Shown: positions 37,897 to 47,556, counted from the first letter of the stretch. The stretch is DNA of 64,000 nucleotides from Planctomycetota bacterium (GCA_050248855.1 JBFWRP010000020.1:19620-83619), one strand, 5' to 3'. Program-made: numbers and translations. The notes: a model not told the origin generated them from the sequence alone.

Positions 37897-39141
37897 ATGC
37901 GAAGTGGGATGACATCCCTGCTCGTGGTCGCACTGTGCGGCGTGCTTGCCGGCTGCTGCGGCCTCGACCTGGGGGGTTGCGGCTGCGACCCCTGCAACAC
38001 GTGCGAGCCGAGCCCGTGCTGCGCGATCGAGACACCGGCTCCGATGGTTGCCTGCGCGGTGCAGGCTCCCGAGGTGCTTCCTTGCGCCGCCAGCCCCGAG
38101 CCGCCCTGCGCGCCCGGTGACTGCTGCGGCCAGGTCGCTGGTCAGCGCGATGCGCCGGCCGGCATCCCCGCGGGCGTCCAGGCTGGTGAGGCCTGGTGCC
38201 GCGTGCTCATCCCGGCCCAGTACGAAGACGTGACCGAGCAGGTCTGCGTCCGTCCGGCCAGCACGCGCCGCGAGACCATCCCGGCTCGCTACGAGACGCG
38301 GACGCGTCAGGTCCTCTGCCGCCCCGAGCAGCAGCGCCAGATCCCGGTCCCCGGCGAGTACGAGATGCGCGACAAGCAGATCTGCGTGCGTCCCGCCTCC
38401 ACGCGCCGGGTCCCGGTGCCCGGCGAGTACGAGATGCGTGACAAGCAGATTTGTGTGCGTCCCGCCTCCACGCGCCGCGTCCCGGTGCCCGGCGAGTACG
38501 AGATGCGCGACAAGCAGGTTTGCGTGCGTCCCGCCTCCACGCGGAACATCCCGGTTCCGGCCGAGTTCCAGACGGTGACCGAGCGCGTCGAGTGCTGCCC
38601 GGCCCGTACCGAGTGGCAGCAGATCCCCTGCCAGCCCTGCGACCTTGGCGAGGGCGAAGAGCAGGGTGACTGCTGGCAGCTCGTCACGATCCCGGCGCAG
38701 TACCGCGAGGTCAGCCGTCAGGTCTGCGTCAAGCCCGCCAGCGTGCGCTGCGAGCAGATCCCGGCCGAGTACAGGACCATCCAGGAGCGCGTCTGCGTCA
38801 AGCCGCCGAGCTTCCGCGAGGAGGTCATCCCGGCCGAGTACAAGACGATCCAGGAGCGCGTCTGCGTCAAGCCGCCGAGCTTCCGCGAGGAAGTGATCCC
38901 GGCCGAGTACAAGACGATCCAGGAGCGCGTCTGCGTCAAGCCGCCGAGCACGCGCTGCGAGACGATCCCGGCCGAGTACCGCACGGAGGAGTACCGCGTC
39001 TGCGTGCAGCCCGAGAGCTGCCGCGAGATCCCGGTGCCCGCCGAGTACACGACCCGCACGACCAAGCGCCTCGTCGCCCCGGCTCGCTGGGTGTGGCGTC
39101 GCAACACGGCGTGCGAAGTCCCGGACGCTCCCTGCAACTAG
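37897..39141 (+). CDS. Cys-rich lipoprotein with 12 x 23-aa repeats (6+6 arms)
   Basis: GGAG RBS, lipobox VLAG-CC, 35 Cys in 414 aa (hand count), repeats (I/V)PAEYxTxxExVCVxP. Confidence 0.8.
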   Translation: MRSGMTSLLVVALCGVLAGCCGLDLGGCGCDPCNTCEPSPCCAIETPAPMVACAVQAPEVLPCAASPEPPCAPGDCCGQVAGQRDAPAGIPAGVQAGEAWCRVLIPAQYEDVTEQVCVRPASTRRETIPARYETRTRQVLCRPEQQRQIPVPGEYEMRDKQICVRPASTRRVPVPGEYEMRDKQICVRPASTRRVPVPGEYEMRDKQVCVRPASTRNIPVPAEFQTVTERVECCPARTEWQQIPCQPCDLGEGEEQGDCWQLVTIPAQYREVSRQVCVKPASVRCEQIPAEYRTIQERVCVKPPSFREEVIPAEYKTIQERVCVKPPSFREEVIPAEYKTIQERVCVKPPSTRCETIPAEYRTEEYRVCVQPESCREIPVPAEYTTRTTKRLVAPARWVWRRNTACEVPDAPCN

Positions 39142-39152
39142 CTGTCGGGAGG

Positions 39153-39182
39153 TCAGGCGCGCATCGCGAGGTGCGCGCCTGA
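39153..39182 (+). terminator. Stem-loop after the Cys-rich lipoprotein gene
   Basis: TCAGGCGCGCATC-GCGA-GGTGCGCGCCTGA. No clear U-tract. Confidence 0.4.
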
Positions 39183-39272
39183 ATCGTCTGGCTCGCGCGC
39201 TTCACCGCTGCCGGTTCCCGGACCGGCATGGCGAGGGGCGGGATGACGGTCGCGCTCCCCGCAGCCCACTTC

Positions 39273-39687
39273 ATGGGGCCAGGCCGCCATGCGGCCTGGC
39301 CCCATTCACGTTTTGTCTTGGCGCAGTCAGCTCTTGGAAGGGGGCGACGGCCGTAGCGCGCCCCCAGCCGGCCAACCCGCCCGCCGTGCAGTGGGGCACC
39401 GGTCCGGGCGCTGCTGCGCGGATGGGTCCAGGCCGCCTGCGGCCTGGCCCCATTCGCGTTTTGTCTTGGCGCAGTCAGCTCCTGGAAGGCGGCGACGGCC
39501 GCAGAGCGCCCCCAGCCGGCCAACCCGCCGGCCGTGCAGTGGGCCACCGGTCCGGGCGCTGCTGCGCGGATGGGTCCAGGCCGCCTGCGGCCTGGCCCCA
39601 TTCACGTTTTGTCTTGGCGCAGTCAGCTCCTGGAAGGCGGCGACGGCCGCAGAGCGCCCCCAGCCGGCCAACCCGCCGGCCGTGCAG
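39273..39687. repeat. Tandem 148-149-bp repeat (about 2.8 copies), BIME/REP-like
   Basis: Units start at 39273, 39422 and 39570. Each opens with the palindrome ATGGG(G/T)CCAGGCCGC..GCGGCCTGGCCCCAT. Confidence 0.92.
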
Positions 39688-39695
39688 CGGATGAG

Positions 39696-39784
39696 GAGCC
39701 GGGTGAAGTCACCACCTCTCGCCCCTGAGGGCGATCGCTCCTGGTGGGGCCTCGCAGCGAGAGGTGGGGACGCTCACCGGGCTC
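39696..39784. repeat. Hairpin repeat family B, copy 1
   Basis: GAGCCGGGTGAAGTCACCACCTCTCGC ... GCGAGAGGTGGGGACGCTCACCGGGCTC with a 34-nt spacer. Homologous to 63730-63818. Confidence 0.8.
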
Positions 39785-40004
39785 CGTACGGCCCCTTTCG
39801 AGCCCGGGGCGACTTCCGTTCTGTTCCCCGTCGCGGCGACGCCCCGTCGCGGTGCCGCTCCCCGGCGCGGTGCGGAGGTCTTGCCGGGCTCCGTACGGCC
39901 CCTTTCGAGCCCGGGGCGACTTCCCTCCTGTTCCCCGTCTCGGCGACGCCCTGTCGCGGTGCCGCTCCCCGGCGCGGTGCGGGAGTCCTGCCTGGCTCTG
40001 TACG
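39777..40004. repeat. Tandem 107-bp repeat (2 copies plus a fragment)
   Basis: CCGGGCTCCGTACGGCCCCTTTCGAGCCCGGGGCGACTTCC... at 39777 and 39884. Degenerate start at 39991. Confidence 0.9.
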
Positions 40005-40128
40005 TTTGCGGCCTCGACGGGCCAAGCTCCGCCCGCGCGCGGCGGTGTCCCCTCGCGCCCACCCTCGGAACCCGCCAGGCGGTACCCTCCTGGCCGACGC
40101 CGAGGGGGCGGCGTCGGGAGGCAGCGCG

Positions 40129-41481
40129 ATGGGCCATGTGGTGCGTCGGGGTCTGGTCGCGTTCCTGGCCGGCTGGCTGCTGTTCGCGGGCCCCGGCCGC
40201 GCGCGCGTCGGGGCCGAGGAGGCCGCCGAGGAGCTCCAGAAGCGCGTGGACGCCGCGATCGACCGCGGCGTCGCGTGGCTCCGCACGCAGCAGCAGCGCG
40301 AGGGCAGCTTCCCCGGGCTTTCCGAGAACCGGACGGACAGCCGCGCCTACCACCTCATGGACCTGGGTCTTGACGCCCTGGTCATCCTCACGATGGCCCA
40401 CGGGGGCGTGAAGGCGGACGACGACGCGGTCAAGAAGGCGATGCGGTTCATCGAGGGCCACTACCGCGGTGATCCCCGCAAGGGCAGCTGGAACCTGGCG
40501 GGCGACGGCAAGCTGACGGTGTACGTCGCGTCGACCCTGATCCTTGCGCTTGACGCGTTGCACGACGCGACCGGCGGCGAGCCTGCGCAGGTCGCCATGG
40601 ACCGCTACGGTCAGCCCAAGGCGCCCAAGCCCTGCAAGTGCCGCTACCCCAAGCGCGTCGAGCGCTGGATCCGCGAGCTCGTCGACTTCCTCGTGGGTGC
40701 GCAGGATGCGTCCGGAGGCTGGCGCTACCCAGGCAACCCGATCGCGTCCGAAGAGGCCGCGACCGACCTCAGCAACACCCAGTACGCGTTGCTGGGCCTG
40801 GCCGCCGCAGCGCGTTGCGGCATCGAGGCGCCGCCGGCCACGTGGCAGAAGGCGGCCGAGCACGTGCTTCGCGAGCAGGAGTCCGACGGGCTCGACGGGA
40901 CGTGGTGGGTGGAGAACCCGGCGTACGACCCCGCGGGCACCTCGGACCGCTTCGTGGACGCGGGCCAGGGCAAGGTGCGGGGCTGGTGCTACCTGCCAGG
41001 CCAAGTGGCCCTGCCAACCGGCTCCATGACGGCCGCCGGCGTCACGTGCCTCGCGCTCGCCAAGGAACGTCTCTGGCAGATGGGTGCCCTGGAGCCTTCC
41101 TTCAGGTCGAAGATCGACATCGGCCTGCGCGATGGGCTCATCTGGCTCGGTGAGTACTTCGACGTGTCCCGCAACCCGGAGCCCTCGGGCGCCGCCGCGC
41201 TATGGCACTACTACTGGATCTACGGGCTCGAGCGGGCCGGCTCCAAGACCGGGGTGAAGTACCTCGGCAAGCACGACTGGTACCGGGAGGGCGCCACCTA
41301 CTTGCTGGCGGCCCAGCAGGCGGACGGCTCCTGGCCCCAGGCGGGCGCGGACGGGCGCCCGGCCGACCACACGGAGAGCGCGATCACGCAGACGTGCTTC
41401 GCCGTCCTCTTCCTGCGCCGTGCCACGGCCAAGCCGCCGATCCCCATGGTTCCGACCTTCACGGGGGGCGGGGACAAGTAG
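40129..41481 (+). CDS. Exported prenyltransferase/squalene-oxidase-repeat (alpha/alpha toroid) protein
   Basis: Signal peptide, AIDRGVAWLRTQQQREGSF, AQDASGGWRY, DLSNTQYALLGL, GSMTAAG, YYWIYGLERAG, DWYREGA, QQADGSW. Confidence 0.82.
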   Translation: MGHVVRRGLVAFLAGWLLFAGPGRARVGAEEAAEELQKRVDAAIDRGVAWLRTQQQREGSFPGLSENRTDSRAYHLMDLGLDALVILTMAHGGVKADDDAVKKAMRFIEGHYRGDPRKGSWNLAGDGKLTVYVASTLILALDALHDATGGEPAQVAMDRYGQPKAPKPCKCRYPKRVERWIRELVDFLVGAQDASGGWRYPGNPIASEEAATDLSNTQYALLGLAAAARCGIEAPPATWQKAAEHVLREQESDGLDGTWWVENPAYDPAGTSDRFVDAGQGKVRGWCYLPGQVALPTGSMTAAGVTCLALAKERLWQMGALEPSFRSKIDIGLRDGLIWLGEYFDVSRNPEPSGAAALWHYYWIYGLERAGSKTGVKYLGKHDWYREGATYLLAAQQADGSWPQAGADGRPADHTESAITQTCFAVLFLRRATAKPPIPMVPTFTGGGDK

Positions 41482-41646
41482 CCCGCGGCGAGGCGCGCTC
41501 CTCCGTCGGTGTCGCCCCGTCGCGGCGCCGTGCCTGGGGGGGCGACGGCCTAGACTGACCGGCTCGCGGGAGGCGGCTGGCGGGCAAGGTGCCCCAAGGT
41601 GCCCGGGGGCGGACCCGGCACGTGACGCGCCCGGACGGGAGGCGGC

Positions 41647-43818
41647 GTGACCGACGATGCCAAGGGCCACCGCGGGACGGGAAGCGCGAGCGCGGACGCA
41701 GGGAAGCCGACGGGCGTCGTCGAGCCCCGAGCCGTGACGGGAGGAGCCGTGAGCGAGAGCCCCGGAGGGCGCCTGCCCGGAGACGAGGCGGCCGGCCCGT
41801 TGGCCGCGCAGGCCGTCGACACGTTGCGCACGCTGGCCATGGACGCGGTGCAAGCCGCGAACAGCGGGCATCCGGGTACGCCCATGGCCCTGGCGCCGCT
41901 GGCCTATGCGCTGTGGACCCACGGCATGCGCTACACCAGCGAGGACCCGGCCTGGCCGGATCGCGACCGCTTCGTCCTCTCGTGCGGTCACGCCAGCATG
42001 CTGCTCTACGGCATCCTGCACCTGACGGGCTATCCGCTCGGGCTCGACGACATCCGTCGGTTCCGCCAGTGGGACAGCCCGGCGGCCGGCCATCCCGAGC
42101 ACGGCCATGTTCCCGGTGTCGAGACCACGACGGGGCCCCTCGGACAGGGCATTGCCAATGCCGTGGGGATGGCGCTCGCGGAGCGTCACCTGGCCGCTCG
42201 CTTCAACCGCGAAGGCAGCGTCCTCGTCGACCACCGTACGTGGGTGATCGCCTCGGACGGGGATCTCATGGAGGGCGTCTCGTTCGAAGCGGCCAGCCTC
42301 GCAGGCCACCTCGGTCTGGGCCGGCTGTGCGTGTTCTGGGACGACAACCGGATCACGATCGACGGCACGACGGACCTCGCCTTCAGCGAAGACGTGGCGG
42401 CCCGTTTCCGCGCCCTGGGCTGGGACGTGCTGCACGTCGGCGACGATGAAGGGGTGCCCGGCTACCGGCGCGCCATCGACGCGGCCCTGGCCGACGAGGA
42501 TCGCCCCACGCTCGTGGTGTGCCGTACGCACATCGGTGCCGGCAGCCCGGGCAAGCAGGACACCTCCGCGGCGCATGGCGCGCCGCTGGGCGCCGACGAG
42601 GTGCTCCGCACCAAGGAGGCCCTGGGCTGGCCCGTGGAGCCCGCGTTCCTCGTCCCCGACCAAGTCCGCGAGCATCTGACCGAAGCGGGGCGCCGCGGCA
42701 ATGCCGAGCGGGACGCGTGGAACGCACGCCTCGCCGCCGCCCGCCAGTCCGACCCCGACCGCGTAGCCGCGTTCGAGGCTGCGCTTGCCGGCGTCCTCCC
42801 CCTGGAGGTCGGCAGCACGTTGGACGCCGTGGCCGAGGCCGAGGGTGGCCGCCGCATGGCCACGCGCAAGGCCAGCGGCAAGGTGCTCGCCGCGCTCGAG
42901 GGCGTCCTGCCGGAGCTGGTCGGCGGGTCCGCCGACCTGGCGGGCAGCAACAACACGCGTCTGCCCCGGAGCGGCGACATCCGGCGTGGTCGCTTCGGCG
43001 ACCGCAACGTGCACTTCGGCGTGCGCGAGCACGGCATGGCGTCCATGCTCAACGGCATGGCGCTGCACGGCGGCGTGCGTCCCTACGGCGGCACGTTCCT
43101 GGTGTTCGCCGACTACATGCGCCCCGCCATCCGTCTCGCGGCCTTGATGGGTCTGCCGGTCGTCTACGTGTTCACGCACGACTCGATCGGCGTGGGGGAG
43201 GACGGGCCCACGCACCAGCCGGTCGAGCACCTCGCCTCGCTACGTGCCATGCCCAACCTCCACGTGATCCGACCGGCGGATGCCGCGGAAACGGTCGAGG
43301 CGTGGCGTCTCGCGCTCGAGCGACGCGACGGGCCCACGGCCCTCGTGCTCACGCGACAAGACCTGTCGCCGTTGGATCGCACGCGAGGGCGACCGGCCTC
43401 GTGCGTCGCCGACGGCGCGTACGTGGTGCGTTCCGGTGCGGAGGCGCCAGACGTCGCGCTCCTCGCGACCGGCAGCGAGGTCGGTGCCGCCGTCGAAGCG
43501 GCCGAGAGGCTCCAGGGCCAAGGCGTGACCGCACGCGTGATCTCCATGCCGTGCTGGGAGCGGATCGACGACGCTGCGTTCGATCGGATGTGCGGAGGAG
43601 CACGCGTACGCGTCGCCATCGAGGCGGCGGCCTCGTTCGGCTGGCACCGCTTCACGGGATCGGGCGGCACCCTCGTCACGCTGGACCGCTTCGGCGCGTC
43701 GGCACCGGCGGGCGTCTTGTTCGAGAAGCTCGGCTTCACGGGCGAGCACGTCGCGACCGTGGCCAAGGACGCGTTGGCGCGGGCGGAGCTGGGCGGAGCC
43801 GGGGCATGCGCATCCTGA
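41647..43818 (+). CDS. tkt: Transketolase
   Basis: ANSGHPG, DRDRFVLSCGHASMLLY, TTGPLGQG, SDGDLMEG, FGVREHGM, THDSIGVGEDGPTHQP. Start may be 41749. Confidence 0.97.
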   Translation: MTDDAKGHRGTGSASADAGKPTGVVEPRAVTGGAVSESPGGRLPGDEAAGPLAAQAVDTLRTLAMDAVQAANSGHPGTPMALAPLAYALWTHGMRYTSEDPAWPDRDRFVLSCGHASMLLYGILHLTGYPLGLDDIRRFRQWDSPAAGHPEHGHVPGVETTTGPLGQGIANAVGMALAERHLAARFNREGSVLVDHRTWVIASDGDLMEGVSFEAASLAGHLGLGRLCVFWDDNRITIDGTTDLAFSEDVAARFRALGWDVLHVGDDEGVPGYRRAIDAALADEDRPTLVVCRTHIGAGSPGKQDTSAAHGAPLGADEVLRTKEALGWPVEPAFLVPDQVREHLTEAGRRGNAERDAWNARLAAARQSDPDRVAAFEAALAGVLPLEVGSTLDAVAEAEGGRRMATRKASGKVLAALEGVLPELVGGSADLAGSNNTRLPRSGDIRRGRFGDRNVHFGVREHGMASMLNGMALHGGVRPYGGTFLVFADYMRPAIRLAALMGLPVVYVFTHDSIGVGEDGPTHQPVEHLASLRAMPNLHVIRPADAAETVEAWRLALERRDGPTALVLTRQDLSPLDRTRGRPASCVADGAYVVRSGAEAPDVALLATGSEVGAAVEAAERLQGQGVTARVISMPCWERIDDAAFDRMCGGARVRVAIEAAASFGWHRFTGSGGTLVTLDRFGASAPAGVLFEKLGFTGEHVATVAKDALARAELGGAGACAS

Positions 43819-45185
43819 TCGCCGGCGCCGACGAGGTTGCCTTCCGTCTCGCCGAGGCCCTCATGGCCGACCACCGCACGGGCATCCTCTGCCCCGAGCG
43901 GGAGCGGTACGAGGCGCGCGTGGCTTCGCTGGAGGTCGATGCGCACTACGGTAGCGTCACCTCGGTCGAGGACCTGCGGGGCGCCGGCGTCAAGGAGGCC
44001 GATCTCTTCATCGCCGCGGGCACGAGCGACGAGGGCAACCTCGTGGCGTGCGTCAGCGCCAAGCGCTTGGGCGCCAAGCGTACGGTGTGCTTCCTGTTCG
44101 GGCCGGCCCTGGACCTGCGCGACGGCCGCGACGATGGCACCGACGACCCGTTGGGCATCGCGCTCGACATCGACCTGGTCGTGCGTCCGGGCTCGCAGCT
44201 GACCGAGGAGATCTTGCGCATCGTGGCGGTGCCGGGCGCCCTCGACGTCGAGGCGTTCGTGGGAGGGCGCGTCCAGCTGCTGCGTCACGGCGTGGAGGCG
44301 GGAGCGCCCATCCTCAAGGGAGCGCTCAAGGACGTGGGCGTTCCCGAGGGCGTCGTGTTCGTCATGGCGCGACGCGGGGACGAGGTCTTCCTCCCCAAGG
44401 GCGACACGCGCTTCCAGCCCGGCGACAAGCTCACGGCCATGGGCACGATGGCCGGCATCAACCGCCTGCTGTTTCGCTACCTGCGCGTGGACGGGGGCGT
44501 CGAGACGCGCCACGAAGCCACGGTGATCGGCGGGGGCACGGTAGGCCTCGGCGTCGCCCTGGGGCTGGAAGAGGCCGGCTGGCGTGTCAAGGTCATCGAG
44601 TCGGACCGCGTCCGCTGCGAGATTGTTTCCACGCGCCTCAAGGGCTTGGTCCTGCATGGTGACGGGGCCGACCTCGATCTCCTGGAGAGCGAGCGTGTCG
44701 GCGATGCGCCCGTGCTGGTGGCCGTCACCAGCAACGACGAGAAGAACCTGTTGGTCTCCTTGCTCGCCCGCAGCCTCGGCGTACGGCGGGTCGTCACGCG
44801 CGCCGACTCGCCGTCCAACGAGCGCCTGTTCGAGCGCGTCGGCATCGACGTCGTGCGTTCGGCGCGCGGAGCCGCCGTCAACCGCGTGCTTTCGGGCATC
44901 GGCGTGGCCCGCGCCGAGCTCCTCGCGGAGCTGGAGCACGGCGACGCCGAAGTGATCGAGCTGGTCGTGCCTGCCGATCTGCCCGCGATTCCCCTGACGC
45001 GCATGAAGGCGGGGCTGTTCGGGATCATCGGCGCGATCCTGCGTCGCGCTCGCGTCATCATCCCGCGCGGATCGGACTCGGTGGAGGGAGGCGATCGCCT
45101 GCTCGTGTTCTGCATGAAGAGCGAGGAGTCCAGCGTGCGCGAGTTCTTCCAGGAAGGCCTGCGCTCGCTCGCGGAGTCGGCGTGA
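43806..45185 (+). CDS. trkA: Trk potassium uptake regulatory subunit
   Basis: Two RCK_N/RCK_C pairs, DEGNLVAC, IGGGTVG, LHGDG, NDEKNLL. Directly upstream of trkH. Confidence 0.9.
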   Translation: MRILIAGADEVAFRLAEALMADHRTGILCPERERYEARVASLEVDAHYGSVTSVEDLRGAGVKEADLFIAAGTSDEGNLVACVSAKRLGAKRTVCFLFGPALDLRDGRDDGTDDPLGIALDIDLVVRPGSQLTEEILRIVAVPGALDVEAFVGGRVQLLRHGVEAGAPILKGALKDVGVPEGVVFVMARRGDEVFLPKGDTRFQPGDKLTAMGTMAGINRLLFRYLRVDGGVETRHEATVIGGGTVGLGVALGLEEAGWRVKVIESDRVRCEIVSTRLKGLVLHGDGADLDLLESERVGDAPVLVAVTSNDEKNLLVSLLARSLGVRRVVTRADSPSNERLFERVGIDVVRSARGAAVNRVLSGIGVARAELLAELEHGDAEVIELVVPADLPAIPLTRMKAGLFGIIGAILRRARVIIPRGSDSVEGGDRLLVFCMKSEESSVREFFQEGLRSLAESA

Positions 45186-45211
45186 GCCGACCGCGGTCCT
45201 AGGGAACCCCC

Positions 45212-46693
45212 ATGCGCCTCGGCGTCGTCGTCGCGATCATCGCCCGCCTGGTGCGGCTCTTCGCGCTTGCCATGCTGCCGCCCTTCGTCCTGGCGCTCGT
45301 CGACGGCAGCACCCGGACCGTTCTCGCCTTCGGTGGGGCCGGGTTGGTCTGCGCGCTCTTCGGCAGCTTCTTCGGGCGGCTGGCCCAAGCCCCCCGCTTG
45401 TTGCAGCGCAACGAGGCGATGGCCGTGGTGGCAGGAACCTGGTTGGCTTTGGCGACGTTCGGTGGTCTGCCGTACGTATTGGTCGAGCACGGTCTCACCC
45501 CGATGGATGCGCTGTTCGAGGCCATGAGCGGCTTCACGACGACCGGCGCCACGGTGCTCACGGACTTCTCGCACTACGACCGGTCGTTCTTCCTCTGGCG
45601 CGCCATGACGCAGTGGTTCGGCGGCCTCGGCGTGATCGCGCTGGGGGTCGTGGTCCTGCCGCGCCTGGGCATCGCCGGGCGGCAGCTGATGTTCGCCGAG
45701 GCCAGTGGGGCGCCGAGCGAGGGAATCAGCCCCCAGGTGCGCGAGGCGGCGCGGTGGCTCTGGATCCTCTACACGGGCTTGAGCGCTCTTCTCATCGTGC
45801 TGCTGATGGGTCAGGGCCTGTCCCTCTACGACGGCGTGGTGCACTCGATGACCACCATGTCCGCAGGTGGTTTCTCGCCGTACGGACGCTCGATCGAGGG
45901 CATCGCCAACCCCGGCGTCGAGTGGGTCTTGGTCGTCTTCATGGTGATCGCCGGGTCCAGCTATGCGTTGCAGTGGCGGGCCTTCGCGCGCGGCCCCCAG
46001 GAGCTCTTTCGCGATGGCGAGTTCGTTGCCTACGTGCTGCTGTCCGCGCTGCTTGCCGGTGGGCTCGCGTGGGTCCTGGCCGGCGGGACGCCGGGCGAGC
46101 CCGAGCTCCGGGCCGCGGCCTTCCAGGTGGCCAGCCTCGCGTCCAGCACCGGATACGCCAGCGTGGACTACGAGGTGTGGACGCCGGCGGCCAAGGCCTT
46201 GTTGATCCTCGCCATGCTGCTCGGCGGCTGCGCAGGCAGCGCGTGCGGCGGTCCCAAGGTGGTGCGGTGGCTCATCCTGGGGAAGTTCTTCCGCCGTGAG
46301 GTGCTGCAGGCGCTGCATCCACGGGCGGTGCTGGCCCTCACGTGGAAGGGGCGCACGGTGACGCCGCCCATCCTGCGTTCCGTGCTGATGCTGATTTTCG
46401 CGTTCCTGGCGCTCTACCTGTTCGTCGGCGTGTTCCTGGTCGTGGCCGAAGGCGTGAGTCTCGAAGAGGGCTTCTCCAGCAGCATCGCTTGCGTGGGCAA
46501 CATCGGTCCCGGGTTCGGCCGGTTCGGTCCCATGGGCAGCTTCGCGGGGTACAGTCCCTTGGCCAAGGCCGTCCTCGTGGTCGCCATGTGGTTGGGCCGG
46601 CTTGAGGTCATGACCGTCTTGGCCCTCGTCGGGCGAGAAGCCTGGCGTGGCGTCCATTGGCGGGATGCGCCGCGAGCCGAGTCGACGCGTTGA
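45212..46693 (+). CDS. trkH: Trk potassium uptake membrane protein
   Basis: FEAMSGFTTTGAT, WRAMTQWFGGLG, GGCAGSACGGPK, GNIGPG, MWLGRLE. Confidence 0.93.
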   Translation: MRLGVVVAIIARLVRLFALAMLPPFVLALVDGSTRTVLAFGGAGLVCALFGSFFGRLAQAPRLLQRNEAMAVVAGTWLALATFGGLPYVLVEHGLTPMDALFEAMSGFTTTGATVLTDFSHYDRSFFLWRAMTQWFGGLGVIALGVVVLPRLGIAGRQLMFAEASGAPSEGISPQVREAARWLWILYTGLSALLIVLLMGQGLSLYDGVVHSMTTMSAGGFSPYGRSIEGIANPGVEWVLVVFMVIAGSSYALQWRAFARGPQELFRDGEFVAYVLLSALLAGGLAWVLAGGTPGEPELRAAAFQVASLASSTGYASVDYEVWTPAAKALLILAMLLGGCAGSACGGPKVVRWLILGKFFRREVLQALHPRAVLALTWKGRTVTPPILRSVLMLIFAFLALYLFVGVFLVVAEGVSLEEGFSSSIACVGNIGPGFGRFGPMGSFAGYSPLAKAVLVVAMWLGRLEVMTVLALVGREAWRGVHWRDAPRAESTR

Positions 46694-46743
46694 CCGCTTT
46701 CCCGATCGGCTGGCCCGTCCGTCGCGCATCGAAGGAGCCAAGC

Positions 46744-47556
46744 ATGCCCCGTCCCGCCCGGTCTCGTCGTGCTGCCTTGCCCGTCCTTGCCCTTGTCGCC
46801 GCGTTGGCCGTGCTCGGCGCCGCACCGTCTGCGGGCGCCGAGAACTTCACGGGACGCCAGGCGCCCGACATCTCGCTGGCCGACGGCGTCCAGGGACTCC
46901 CCGCCGGCGACTCGCTCGCGCGGCACCGCGGCAACGTGGTCCTGCTGACCTTCTGGTTCCGGGACTGCCCGATCTGTCGCCGCCACCTGCCCCAGGTGCA
47001 GGCACTTCACGACCGCTACGATGGCTTCGGCCTGGACGTCGTGACCGTCGTCGACAAGTACGCCCCGTCCGACGTGCTCCCGGTGCTCCGGCAGTTCGGT
47101 TGGACGTTCCCCACGGCGGCGGACCGTGATGGTTCGCGGGCACGCGCGTTCGGGGTCGGACGCCGTCCCGAGGAGTACCTGATCGCGCCCGATGGACGCG
47201 TCGTGTCCAGCTTGACCGTGCGGACCCAGGAGGTGGAAGCCGCCTTGGCGGGCTGGCGCGTCGAGCGCTGCGGTCCGTGGCCGGCGGGCAGCGAGGCCGT
47301 GCGCCGCCACGTCGCCGCCGGCGCCTACGGGGAGGCCCTCAAGGTCCAGGGCACCGAGGCCGGGCTGGCTGCGCGCGTGCTGGCCGAAGCGCGCCGGGAT
47401 CTCCAGGCGCGCGTCGCGCGCATCCGGCGCGGGCTCCAGCGCCGCGCCGACGTCCGCGCAGACGTCGGCTACCTGCGCACGGCGTACCAGGGGACCTCGC
47501 TGGCCGAGGAGGCCCAGGCGGCGCTCCAAGCGCTCTTCCCGGGCAAACCTCGTTAG
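46744..47556 (+). CDS. Exported TlpA/ResA-like thiol-disulfide oxidoreductase with helical C-terminal extension
   Basis: AAGGAG RBS, signal peptide, APDISL, GNVVLLTFWFRDCPIC (CxxC), PEEYLIAPDG. Confidence 0.82.
   Translation: MPRPARSRRAALPVLALVAALAVLGAAPSAGAENFTGRQAPDISLADGVQGLPAGDSLARHRGNVVLLTFWFRDCPICRRHLPQVQALHDRYDGFGLDVVTVVDKYAPSDVLPVLRQFGWTFPTAADRDGSRARAFGVGRRPEEYLIAPDGRVVSSLTVRTQEVEAALAGWRVERCGPWPAGSEAVRRHVAAGAYGEALKVQGTEAGLAARVLAEARRDLQARVARIRRGLQRRADVRADVGYLRTAYQGTSLAEEAQAALQALFPGKPR

Noticed and set aside
39273..39687. Possible CRISPR array (palindromic ~32-bp repeats, regularly spaced)
   Set aside because: The intervening ~116-bp sequences are near-identical rather than unique spacers, and there are no cas genes.
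39696..39792. Group II intron domain V resemblance (GAGCCG...GTACGG)
   Set aside because: Spacing and pairing do not fit the compact ~34-nt domain V, and there is no reverse transcriptase. It is better explained as a REP-like hairpin.
40129..41481. Squalene-hopene cyclase
   Set aside because: Too short, has a signal peptide, and I see no catalytic DxDD motif in the expected context.
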